Source of the DNA: Octopus bimaculoides
Taxonomy: Eukaryota
DNA: 64,000 nucleotides
Direction of reading: 5' to 3'
Assembly: GCF_001194135.2 (NCBI RefSeq)
Contig: NC_068999.1
Span: forward strand, 31,141,719 to 31,205,718
Position 1 is the first letter of the stretch. The number at the start of each line of letters is the position of its first letter. Shown here piece by piece: positions 13,571 to 24,899 of the stretch. The translations under genes and the position numbers were made by a program. Under the pieces are notes generated by a model, which saw only the letters and a program-made list of their open reading frames with translations, searched no databases and was not told the origin of the DNA.

Positions 13571-14489
13571 NNNNNNNNNNNNNNNNNNNNCTCACTCTCT
13601 CTCTCACTCTCTCTCTCACTCTCTCTCTCACTCTCTCTCTCACTCTCTCTCTCACTCTCTCTCTCTTTCAAACACATATGCAATTTTTACTCTAGATCAC
13701 AGTTTTTCTTAAAATTATATTGACTGCTCATGCATCAAATATTGTAAGTTATACCCACAGAAAACAATATTGGCATTAACAATCTTTCCCCAAACAACAT
13801 GTATTATATTTAATAGCAATATAAAGAAGATTCATTGAAGTGGAAGCCACCTGCAGTAGATAAGATCAATGCAGGTAGTTCCACACACAATTTCTATTTA
13901 ACTGCTTTTCTGTTTCAATGGAATTCAGTTAATTTTCTTTTTAAATAGAAATTATACAGAAAATATTTTGATAGTTTGATGAAATAGTTTTGAATACTAA
14001 TGTTTTTTTCCCCACAAATGAGTGGATCAACAGATAATTGTTTGGTCTTTTGTTGATCAATAGTATTCATCAGAGAGGCATCAGTGATGTCAGAACTGTG
14101 TTATAGTCAATAATATGGAACCTAGAATTTGATTGGGTTTTCATTTTAAAAGTCCAGGAAAGCTAGAAGGTAAAGTTAATCTTAAGCTTCTATTATATTA
14201 CAATTCAATTGTCACATGCATATATGCATGCATATGCACACACAGAGACATACACGGAAATGCATATGTACACCTGTCATAAATTGTGTGTACACACACC
14301 CATATTTATACATTAATCGAAGTATACAGCTTTATATATCCAATATGCCCTATCTTAACAATTGGTTTTGCACTAGATATTCTACGGAGTGTTAGATAAC
14401 AGTCTGATCAGATAACCCTTTGCTTTTCAGAGATGGCAGTAATGGAATGAGTTATGGCAATTGAGTATATTTTCTTAGACAGAACTTTC

Positions 14490-16226
14490 GATGACATGGA
14501 GAAAGCCTTTGACAGGGTCTCCCGATCCCTTATCTGGTGGTCAATGAGGAAACTAGGTATAGAAGAATGGTTAGTGAGAGCAGTGCGAGCCATGCACAGG
14601 GACGCTGCCAGTAAGGTGAGGGTTGGCAACGAGTACAGTGAAAAACTCCGGGTAGAGGTAGGGGTCCACCAAGGTTCAGTCCTCAGCCCCCTCCTATTTA
14701 TCATAGTCTTGCAGGCGATAACAGAGGAATTCAAGACAGGATGCCCTGGGAGCTCCTCTATACTGATGACCTTGCACTAATTGCTGAGTCACTATCAGAA
14801 CTAGAGGAGAAGTTTCAGGTGTGGAAGCAAGGACTATAATCAAAGGGCCTTAGAGTCAACCTAGCTAAAACCAAAGTCTTAATAAGTAGGAAGGTAGACA
14901 AAACACAAACCGCTTCAGGTAGATGGCCCTGCTCGATCTGTAGAAAAGGCGTAGGTAGAAACTCTATAAGATGTACCCAGTGCAAGCTATGGACACATAA
15001 GAGGTGCAGCAATATCAAAGGAAGCTTAACTAGGAAGTTAGTTTTTGTATGTGGCAGATGTTCAGGAGCTATAAACACTGTAAATGTACAGAAAACAACT
15101 TCTGTCACATGACCAAGTTAGTAGCAGGGGAGGGTACACTGAAAGTGTAGCTGCTAGAATAAGAATAGCCTGGGCAAAGTTCAGAGAGCTCTTACCTCTG
15201 CTGGTGACAAAGGGTCTCTCACTCAGAGTAAAAGGCAGACTGTATGACGCATGTGTACGAACAGCCATGCTACATGGCAGTGAAACATGGGCCGTGACTG
15301 CTGAGGACATGCGTAGGCTCGCAAGGAATGAAGCCAGTATGCTCCGATGGATGAGTAATGTCAGTGTGAATACCCGACAGAGCAAAAGTATCTTGAGAGA
15401 AAAGTTGAACCTAAGAAGCATCAGTTGTGGTGTGCAAGAGAGACGATTGTGCTGGTTTGGCCATGTGGCGAGAATGGATGAGGATAGCTGTGCGAAAAAG
15501 TGCCACACCCTAGTGGTTGAGGAAACTGTGGAAGAGGCAGGCCCAAGAAGACCTGAGATGAGGTGGTGAAGCATGACCTCCGAACATTAGGCCTCACCGA
15601 GGCAATGACTTCTGACCGAGACTTTTGGAAATATGCTGTGCATGAGAAGACCCGGCAAGCCAAGTGAGACCAAAATCCAAGACCTCTGTCAGGGATGTAG
15701 CCAGCCCACTTATGCGTACCTTGCCTTCATTGGACACTAAACTCCGCTTGCGAAGACCTGTTGAGGCAAGTGAAAATGAAATCGAACTAAATTTGCCGAC
15801 TGGCACTGATGCCAACATCTCTTTCATTGAACACTAAACTCGGTTTGCGAAAACCTGTTGGGGCAAGCGAAAGCGAAATCGGGATGGCACCTGTACCAGT
15901 GGAGCGCTAAGAGCAGCATTCAAGCGTGATCGTTGCCAGAGCAGCTGTCCGGCTTCCGTGCTGGTGGCACATAAATAGCACCATTTGAGCGTGATCGTTA
16001 CCAGCGTCGCGTTCCTGACACTTGTGTCGGTGACACGTGTAAAGACATTCGAGCGAGATCGTTGCCAGTGCCACTGGACTGGCTCCTGTGCAGGTGGCAC
16101 ATAAAATACATCATTTTGAGCGTGGCCGTTGCCAGTACCGCCTGACTTGCCTTCGTGCAGGTGGCATGTAAAAGCACCCACTACACTCTCACAGTGGTTG
16201 GCATTAGGAAGGGCATCCAGCTGTAG
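14490..16226 (+). mobile_element. 5'-truncated RTE LINE: RT motifs, PHD insertion, C-terminus, long 3' UTR
   Basis: DMEKAFDRV, GVHQGSVLSPLLF, LLY(A)DDL, NLAKTKV, KGLSLRVKGRLYDACVRTAMLHGSETW, LCWFGHVARM; frameshifted. Confidence 0.95.
14930..15061 (+). pseudogene. PHD finger (C4HC3) coded inside the RTE reverse transcriptase
   Basis: CSICRKGVGRNSIRCTQCKLWTHKRCSNIKGSLTRKLVFVCGRC = C-x2-C-x10-C-x2-C-x4-H-x2-C-x14-C-x2-C, in frame with upstream KTKV. Confidence 0.85.
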
Positions 16227-16779
16227 NNNNNNNNNNNNNNNNNNNNNNNNNNNNNNNNNNNNNNNNNNNNNNNNNNNNNNNNNNNNNNNNNNNNNNNNNN
16301 NNNNNNNNNNNNNNNNNNNNNNNNNNNNNNNNNNNNNNNNNNNNNNNNNNNNNNNNNNNNNNNNNNNNNNNNNNNNNNNNNNNNNNNNNNNNNNNNNNNN
16401 NNNNNNNNNNNNNNNNNNNNNNNNNNNNNNNNNNNNNNNNNNNNNNNNNNNNNNNNNNNNNNNNNNNNNNNNNNNNNNNNNNNNNNNNNNNNNNNNNNNN
16501 NNNNNNNNNNNNNNNNNNNNNNNNNNNNNNNNNNNNNNNNNNNNNNNNNNNNNNNNNNNNNNNNNNNNNNNNNNNNNNNNNNNNNNNNNNNNNNNNNNNN
16601 NNNNNNNNNNNNNNNNNNNNNNNNNNNNNNNNNNNNNNNNNNNNNNNNNNNNNNNNNNNNNNNNNNNNNNNNNNNNNNNNNNNNNNNNNNNNNNNNNNNN
16701 NNNNNNNNNNNNNNNACGACAGAATGCACGCGTTACCTTTATACAGTAAGTTTTAACTATATATATATATATATATATA

Positions 16780-17120
16780 ATTAATAAATTATAGGGTGGC
16801 AAAGAAAATTTTAGAAATTTTATTTACCACCAGTGGCCTAGCGAGAGTAAAAACAGTCAATAGACTATGTATTATTCATTAGAAATGCAGAGACGCCTAT
16901 AATAGGACATCTACTCGCTAGAAATAGCAGCAAAAATACTACATACCACTAAAATTGACTTGAAACCATGGTACAGAATATATATATATATATATAGATA
17001 TAGAAAGATAGATATATTAATAAATTTCAGGGTAGCAAAAATTATTTAGAAATTTTTTGCTACCAGTGGTCTAGTGTGAAGAAAAAAAACTAGTCAATAG
17101 ACTATATATTATTCATATAT
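16780..17120 (+). repeat. Local duplication of an about 100-bp segment
   Basis: ttaataaatt(a/t)agggt(g/a)gcaaa..ttagaaatttt..taccagtgg.ctag..agtcaatagactat at about 16780 and about 17016. Confidence 0.75.
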
Positions 17121-17179
17121 ATACAGTGTACATTTAAACACCTAAGAGATGGCCATAATGGGACATCTTCCCTCTGGGA

Positions 17180-17530
17180 CTCTACCCTCTGTTTTCTTTC
17201 TTTCTTTTTTCTTTTCTGTTTCTTCCCCTCCTTCTTTGCTGTCCCCTGTCTATCTTTCTTCCATCCCTTACTATCTTTCATTCCTTCTCCCTTCTCCTCA
17301 CTCCCTTTATTTCTTTCCCTCATCCTCCCTCTCCCTTGTTTTCCTTCTCCTCTGCCTGTTTCTTCCCACATAACTACAGGCCATTTTTTTTTCACCTCTG
17401 TCTTTTCTGGATGTGATGCATACTAAGCTGGATGACATTTTTTTCTCACCTCCTGACATTTTTCTTCTCTTCTTTCCTCTTCTACTATTTTCTTCTCTTC
17501 TATTCATTCTATATCCTTTCAAAGTTTCTC
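17180..17530 (+). repeat. Pyrimidine-rich low-complexity tract
   Basis: About 350 nt almost entirely C/T. Confidence 0.8.
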
Positions 17531-17853
17531 CCTTGCATCACCCATTGCAATGTGTCTTGACCTAATGACCCTTAGTGATTGTCTTCATTGATTGTTTACG
17601 TATTTTTCACTCATTGGTGATGTCTTGTTCTCATTGTATATTTTTTGGTAATTTGTCCTGTACTTATCATTCATGTATCTACATAATTTTCAATCATTGG
17701 TGATGTCCTGTACTTGATGTATTATCCTCGTTGACAGGACACTAGTCTTTATAGAGTGTTAAACACTTTTGGTATGCAAATTAGAGACTGCTTCATAGAG
17801 TAACCACTGCATTTGTTGAACAGTCTGGCTGCTTGTTTCTCTGGAGACTGTCA

Positions 17854-17920
17854 GAATGATGTGGACACCTCTGATGAGAACCCAATAAGGTTCGAAAATC
17901 CATTAAGGTTGTTCATCATT
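17854..17920 (+). ncRNA. Type I hammerhead ribozyme, apparently intact core
   Basis: gacACCT-CTGATGA(17871-77)-GAACC caataa GGTTC-GAAA-A tcca T-TA|AGGT tgtt. Stem I extended by aatgatg/catcatt; predicted cleavage after 17905 (UUA). Confidence 0.8.
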
Positions 17921-18088
17921 TTTTCAGACTGTGGAGAAATGGCTAAAAATTTGCTCTATTTATAATATCATATGTTTTATATATATATATATATATATAC
18001 ATATATATAATTAAACCTTGGGAGAGGCATTATGCTGGTAATAAACACACGCACTGGTTCAGTCCTTTATTAATTTATATAGTTTTTT

Positions 18089-18129
18089 GTTAAATTATTT
18101 CATTGCACTCTTGCAATCTCTTCAGTAAC
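18089..18129 (-). ncRNA. Degenerate hammerhead-like motif
   Basis: Minus: gtta-CTGAAGA-gattgc aagagt gcaat-GAAA-taatt|taac. Stem II appears to lack its closing C; stem III is minimal. Confidence 0.4.
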
Positions 18130-18252
18130 TTGTCTCTCCACTTCCATTTATTTTGAATATATGATCTGGCGTTGTTTTGGCGTTGTTTCGAAACTGTTTG
18201 GTATGAGCACGTATCCACATCAAGAATCTTGCACACGAAATACACATACGAA

Positions 18253-18320
<68 letters not shown>

Positions 18321-18339
18321 ACACACACACATATATATC

Positions 18340-18850
18340 ATCTAACGTCCATTGTCCATGCTAGCATGGGTTCTGTGAGGCTGCACCAGACTGATTTGAC
18401 ATGGATTTCTATGGCTGGATGCCCTTCCTAACATTAACCACTCTGAGAGTGTAACAGATGCTTTTATGTGCCACCGCACTGGTGCCAGTTGCATGGCACC
18501 AGTATCTGCTATGACTATGATTTCACTTGGCTTGATGGGTCTTCTTCTCAAGCACAGCATATTACCAAAAGTCTTGGTCATTTGTCATTGCCTCTGTGAG
18601 GCCCAACACTCCAAAGGATCTTTTTACATGCCACTGGCATGGGTGCTAGTTATGCAGCACTAGCATCAGCCACATTGCTTCCATGAGACCCAACACTCCA
18701 AAGGATCTTTTTACATGCCACCAGCATGGGTGCTAGTTACACGACACCAGCAATGACCACATTGCTTTCGTGAGGCCCAATGCTTGAAAGGTGCTTTTTA
18801 CATGCTACTGGCACAGGTGCTAGTTACGGAACACCAGCAGCAGCCACATT
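18340..18850 (-). mobile_element. RTE 3' UTR fragment with three about 87-bp tandem units
   Basis: Terminal module (ggatgcccttcctaac) plus repeated gtgaggcccaacactccaaaggatctttttacatgcc..gcatgggtgctagtta. Confidence 0.8.
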
Positions 18851-19095
18851 GTCAAAAGGGGGCAGTCAGAATTTTGGATAATTCTTTATTAGCACTTTCG
18901 TTCATCTAACTAAACTCTTCAAGAAAAATATTAAAACCCAAATAATTTTTTTTCTTGAAGAGTTAGTTAAACAAACGGAAGTGCTAATAAAGAATTATCC
19001 GAAATTCCAACTTCCTCCCTTTTTTCAATATACAATATCTGTACACCACTTCAAACACTCTCACTTTCTCTCTCTCTCCATACATACATACATAT

Positions 19096-19133
<38 letters not shown>

Positions 19134-19138
<5 letters not shown>

Positions 19139-19380
19139 AGTATATTTGCCACTTAAATTCGGCTGACCCATAAGGGACGATGCTACTGTAGTTTATAGCC
19201 CCAGGAAGACATCTCTTCCAGCTGGCTATTGACGCACTGTCTGTGCCCCATCAGTATTTGCAAGGGGAAATCATCGTTCTCATCTCCAACCTGACATGAT
19301 ACCCACGGACTCAAGATTCTGGTTAATAACCCATCATCAGCGTGTGACAACCACCGGCTGGGAATGAATTCTTTATTATG
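19134..19380 (-). repeat. Repeat unit with a degenerate hammerhead at 19304-19344
   Basis: Minus: cacg-CTGATGA-tgggttattaacca-GAAT-C ttga G-TC|cgtg. Its first about 105 bp recur at 20247-20351. Confidence 0.6.
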
Positions 19381-20245
19381 ATCCCATGATTGAACATAGA
19401 TGGCACAGCACAGGACATTACAAACATAAAGATCATGAGTTTGTTTGCAACATGCAGTAAAAAATTTCGAAGGATATATTTACAATGAACGTCAATTTCA
19501 ATGAAATTTTTACATTTTGGCTGGGAAGTCCACTGGCTACACCATACGAATTTACTATGTATTCAAGCAGGGTCTTTCACACCCATCTTTCCATCTTTTC
19601 TCATATATGCTTCACGACAGGCATCCTCTCTCTAGCCCTTTCTTGCTCTTCAGATGATATCTGAAGTAATACAGCAAGCCAGGACCGGAGATAAAGGTTC
19701 CCGTCGCTACTCTTTTCATCCTCATTTTCCATATACACTCTTTCAAAACTGCAACTGTGCATAACAAACTGGCCTCTCCTTCCTTTGACAGTCCAGGTGG
19801 TGGTACGATTTTAATCATACACTCAGCTGATAGCTGTACTCTTCCTAAATGTGACAGCACGTGTTCTGTGTAAACTATCAGGCCTGAAATCTCCGGACAA
19901 TAAACAAGGGCATGCGAGATGGTTTCATCAAGCCTGCACCTTGGACAAGTCGGTGGTACAGACACCCCATGTCTACACAGTTTATCACGAACAGGTAACG
20001 TGTTCCTATAGGACTGCCAGGTCAGGGATTTCTGGTAGTTATCCAGGTCTTTTAAACAGGCTGGCTAGCTGGTCCTCAAGTCTCAGAGCTTCTCCTAGGA
20101 TGTAACCACCGACTGGGGGTGAGAAGTGATTTCTCAGTGCAAATACATATACTTTTTCCAATGATGAAAAGTCACTGATCTCGAAAAAGGAGAAATAAGC
20201 AATAATAAATCTCTGAGCGAGATACAAACAATAGCAGCATGACAT
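19380..20245 (-). mobile_element. 5'-truncated Tx1/L1-clade LINE C-terminal region
   Basis: CPRCRLDETISHALVYCP (zf-RVT-like CxxC..E...H....C) followed by AVLKECIWKMR; aataaa on the minus strand near 19375. Confidence 0.7.
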
Positions 20246-20246
20246 T

Positions 20247-20351
20247 GTGAAGTATATTTGCCATCTAAATGTGGCTGACCCATAAGGGAGGATGCTACTG
20301 TAGTTTATAGCCCCAAGAAGACATCTCCTCCAGCTGGCTATTGACACACTG
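20247..20351 (-). repeat. Direct repeat of 19134-19238
   Basis: gtgaagtatatttgcca.ctaaat.tggctgacccataaggga.gatgctactgtagtttatagcccca.gaagacatctc.tccagctggctattgac.cactg. Confidence 0.85.
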
Positions 20352-20903
20352 GTGCTTCAAAAGTGGAAGAATGTCTCTGGAAAGCAATGAGTGATCTGGA
20401 AGACCTACCATGGGCATCACCCCTGGAATGTGGTATTGTGTATTGAGAATTTGTCCCCCATCAATCAAGAGTTTTACTGCGATGTTTTGAAACATTTGAG
20501 GGAGGACATTAGGTAAAAGCAACTGGGTCTGCGGATTCTTCACAATGACGATGCACCTTGTCACTGAGCTCTCCTCACTCACAAGTTTGTCACCAAAAAC
20601 ATGGTATCACTTCTGTATCCACCTTATTCACCAGATTTAGCACCTGCAGAATTTCATCTCTTCTCCAAGATGAAAATGCAGCTCAGAGGTCATTGTTGTA
20701 TCCAGAGCAAATCACAGAAGGTCCTCGACTCACTTAAGGAAAATGACTTTCAGGCTAGATTCCAAAAGTAGCAGGAATATTGGGACTGGTGTATTGCTGT
20801 GCAATGTAACTATTTCAATGGAGATGCTATTAAAACCTAGGTAAATAAGTTATTTTTTATTAAACATAACTAGACCAGGAATCGTTTGCTACCACCTCAC
20901 ATA
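20352..20903 (+). mobile_element. mariner deletion derivative, same family as 11547-12436
   Basis: LHNDDAPCH and YPPYSPDLAPAEFHLFSKMKMQLRG; 3' TIR ending ..ctaccacctcacata. Confidence 0.85.
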
Positions 20904-21064
20904 TATATATAGGGGTGAAGGGTCTATGTATACAATGCATGCCTTACTATTTTTCCATGATAAATAATTTTTGTGTAATATATATTAATTAGTGATAATT
21001 TTCATTAGATTCATTGTAGTCATATTTACTTTTATTTCGCAGTCCTTCATTTTATAGTATAAGG

Positions 21065-21435
21065 TGGTCAACAGAAACATAGGGAAAGGAAAGATAATTT
21101 TTTACTGCATGATTTCAGTCATAGAAAGAGCAGCGATGTTATTTTCTTTTTATTCTATCATTTTCGAGAAGGGAAACAAAAAATGAGTGGTCAAGAAAGA
21201 AAGACAGAGAAAGCAGATATTTTACTGCTTGCCTTTCAGTCATGTTAAGTTTTCAACAGAAACATAGGGAAGGGAAATCAAATTTTTTATTGCTTGCTTT
21301 CAGTCATAGTAAGAGCAGTGATGTTATTTTCCTTGTATACTATTATTTTCGAAAAGGGAAACAAGAAATGAGTGAGTGGTCAAGAAAGAGAAAGCAAATA
21401 TTTTATTGCTTGCCATTCAGCTATGTTAAGGCAGC
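21065..21435 (+). repeat. Two tandem copies of an about 186-bp unit
   Basis: caacagaaacatagggaa at about 21069 and about 21255; shared ttcagtcatag.aagagcag.gatgttatttt and gagtggtcaagaaag. Confidence 0.8.
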
Positions 21436-21694
21436 AGATACATTGTCTTCTTTTTTTTTCTCTTGGAGTGCTGATATCTTTACTGTCCTGTGTAGCAGAG
21501 ATTAAAAAAAAATTGCCTAGTCAGAGGATTCCTGAGGCTTTTCTCAAAGCTGGACAGATTTAGAAAAGAAATGCATATTTAGTCATTTACAAGTTTGTTT
21601 TATTGCTTTCTGATATATTTCATATGATTATTCGGTACTGAAGAGTAAACATTTTATCTTTTATCTTCTACCTTAAATCATTTTTAGTCTAATG

Positions 21695-21815
21695 AATCTA
21701 CCCCAATACTTCTTTTAAAGCCTGGTGCTTATTCTTTTGGTCTCTCAGGCTGAACTACTAAAATTATGAGAATGTAAACACACCAACACTGGTTGTGTTG
21801 AAGGACAAACACAAA
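21695..21815 (-). mobile_element. SINE tail fragment
   Basis: ctacccca..ttaaagcctggtgcttattct..ggtctct..gctgaactacta..gtaaacacaccaacactggttg matches the reverse-complement tail. Confidence 0.65.
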
Positions 21816-21989
21816 CACACATACATGTACACACACACACACACACACACATACACACATATCTATATAAACTTCTTACCACACATCCACACTTGCTTTC
21901 TAAAAAGATTTAATCAATGTATTTTTGCTCTCTTCTTAAGACCTGGATTCAGTCATGTGACCCCAGAGTCTTCTTGACTATTTCACACA

Positions 21990-22025
21990 GAATGAAAAGA
22001 AGAGACCTGCAATTTGTGTGTGTGT

Positions 22026-22109
<84 letters not shown>

Positions 22110-22137
22110 ACGTGTGTGTGTGCACGTGTGTGTGTGA
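21990..22137. repeat. (TG)n microsatellite (22016-22137) with flank
   Basis: Long pure TG run. Confidence 0.9.
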
Positions 22138-22689
22138 TTAAAAAGTAAAGTTTTCATCCATTCATTCATGCTAACACTTTAAAATTTAATTTTAAATATT
22201 TAAAGTTATTTAAGAAAGGTTATGTAAAAAAGTAAACTAGCATCTGAATTATCTATTAGCATAATGATTTGATTCATTTATTAAAATTTTGCATGCTTTC
22301 AATCACCCCCCCCCAACCCCCAGGATGGCAAAAGGGTCAATTAGTTCAGTTTCCTCTCTACTTTCCTCAACTTTGAAACAGATATGAAGAATATTATCAT
22401 TCTCAGAAAAAAGAAATCAAAGCTTAAGCTAAATATCAAAACTGAAGTGGGCAGCAAGGAATGTCATCATTATTTTGATTGAAAGTATTATGAATAGTCT
22501 GAGTGAATGATGAGATGACCCATTCTGAATAAATTTTCCTGTTTCCCATATCTCTTAGTTTAATCAGTATAAGAACACATTTTTTCAGCTTTGAATTGAT
22601 ATTGAAAATGAATATCACTTTCAAGTGATATTCAAAACATAATCATTTAATTGTATACCTGTTACAAGTGAAGGTGCAATTAGCCACTA

Positions 22690-23400
22690 GTCAGAAAAAA
22701 CTGTATTTGTTGCTGTGATATTTGGTGAGACTACAAACCTTCGAATGAAATCTTAACTATCACACATTTTGCAATCTGTTGATGAGAAGGAACAGCTTCA
22801 AGAAAGGTTTAGGGGATGAGTCAATGTCAGTAAAGACAGAAAAACTGCATCGCTGACAGAAGTTGTACATTGTCATACACATTCTCTTAATTTGGCACTC
22901 TCTCAATCAGCTTCAAGAGTTCGTGAGTGTCGAATTTTCTTCCAAACTTTAAAAAGAATTTCGATTTTTTCTCAAAGTCGACGGCTTGAATAGCCCCTAC
23001 TGGATGAAATCATTGGAAGGTGATTTCCAAAGTTATATATACGTTATTCATGTCTTACTAACTACTTCAAAACGGTGCATCATAAGGGAGAAGCTATTTT
23101 TATTTTCAGACTCCCCACATTTCAAAGCATATAATATAGGTGTTTGCAGTCATTTTCGTATGTTTGTCATTCAATTTGATAATCGGGTCATTTAAAGTCA
23201 TGAAAGAAATTAGTGCCATAAAGTTAGTCATTCAAATTCGTTTTCCGATCATTCGGTCAAAAAATGTAGCATTCAGATCATTTAAATTAAAATGCTCGTC
23301 GAGAGCATTCAAATTAGTTGGAATGCGAGGAAGCGTCTTTTCGATCATTCAAATTCGTTTTGGAGCAATCTGTTTGTAGAGTAGACTCGGGTGAAATTCA
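22690..23400 (+). mobile_element. hAT (Tip100/ZMYM1-like) transposase remnant with subterminal repeats
   Basis: AVIFGETTN..LSHILQSVDEKEQLQERF, VHCHTHSLNLALSQSASRVRECRIFFQTL (hAT CxxHxLNL); repeated (g)tcattcaaattcgtttt near 23230 and 23345. Confidence 0.75.
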
Positions 23401-23429
23401 CCTCTCCCATTTATTATATATACGTGCAT

Positions 23430-24425
23430 TCAAATGTATCATGGAACAGCTAGCCTATGGCCGCTATTTGGATTCCGTTATGTCCACTACCCTGATTGAT
23501 TGGTATTGGTGCAATTTGTCTCTTCCTCGATTGTGCCAACTTGCCGCATATAACCAGTCGGAGGCTCAAAACAGGATCATGTAGGGCAGTCTGTTCACTA
23601 CTCTGTTTTAACCTACTGCTCTTTATAAAAACTCAGCTTTTCCTCGTTCTGAAGTCTTTGGTTCCAGCCAGTTCCAGTGAAAACGCCAGACGACACCTTT
23701 ACACAGCAGCTACGTTGAGACTTACCAACTTCATCCAACAGCCTTACGGCAACCTCCTTCTTCGTCGCCACCATCATACAGCTCAGCAAGCAATTCACCC
23801 AGATTCCAACAGTTCACTGTTCGTAAATTACTGTTCGGATCATCAGCGAAAATACCACCTGCATGAACTCCTTCCTGTACAAGTGACCCAGGCAGCAGCA
23901 CCACAGCCTTGACTTCACGTACGACATGTACCTGTAACTAGCTCAGCATCATGGCCGCAGTTTCTTGATACAGTATTTCAACTATTGTGTACGACTGACT
24001 ATGAACTGGTATTATCTTTCTTATGTCTATGAACTTACTTCTCACTTCGATGGTTATAGACTCTTTCACTGTGTTCTTCATTGCCATCCTTAAATGGACT
24101 TAACACACACATACATCTATGCTTACACACACATACATTTTAATCTTATGATGACCTGTCTAGTATTCTGTATGCATGACGCACGCACAGACACACATAT
24201 TGTGTCTCTTTCCTTTTGACATTTATTTGTACTATTCAATTTCTCTTTATTGTAAGGGCTGTGTGGTGTGGTACTAAAGAGTCATTCTCTTCACCTCGCA
24301 TCACGCAGTCATTACAAATTGGTGACCCCCATATAAAGAACCATCGCTTGGTTACTCCATTACAAATTGGTGACCCGACTGGGAACACGCATCCACGGTC
24401 CCTTACAAATTGGTGACTCGACTTC
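23430..24425 (+). mobile_element. Probable LTR remnant followed by tRNA-Trp primer-binding-site repeats
   Basis: TGTAA(24251)..TTACA(24316), then aatTGGTGACCCC; the ttacaaattggtgac unit occurs three times. The left boundary is a guess. Confidence 0.5.
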
Positions 24426-24899
24426 GAACACTTAACCATGACCCTTACATGTTTAACACTTTGTGCAATCAAATTAGCACGGTAGCTATTTTGGTTTTAT
24501 CTCATGATCATTGTCATCATAATCATATGCTTTCATCCATTGTTTATGCTTTAAGCACTCTATCGTGCCTATGTCTTTTCTATGTATTCATTTATTTTTG
24601 CATAGGTACATGTATTTATTGTTAAAGACTTCATGAAATCGCATTCCAGTCTTTTCAATATTTAAAAAAAAACTCACAATTACAAATGCTCATTTTCTTT
24701 GATTTTGAATATATTATGTAGTGATATGTGTTCTTCCTTTGCGTAATATGTCTTGTGGGGAAAAGTATATATTAGATTTTTCATTTTTTCTTTCATCGGG
24801 GAAAGGGTGCTATGTACCCTTATATATTGATTTACAGTCTTGATAAGGAGAGTTCATTTGAGAGGATTTAGCCGTCTATTTCCTGGCGGTCGAGGCATC

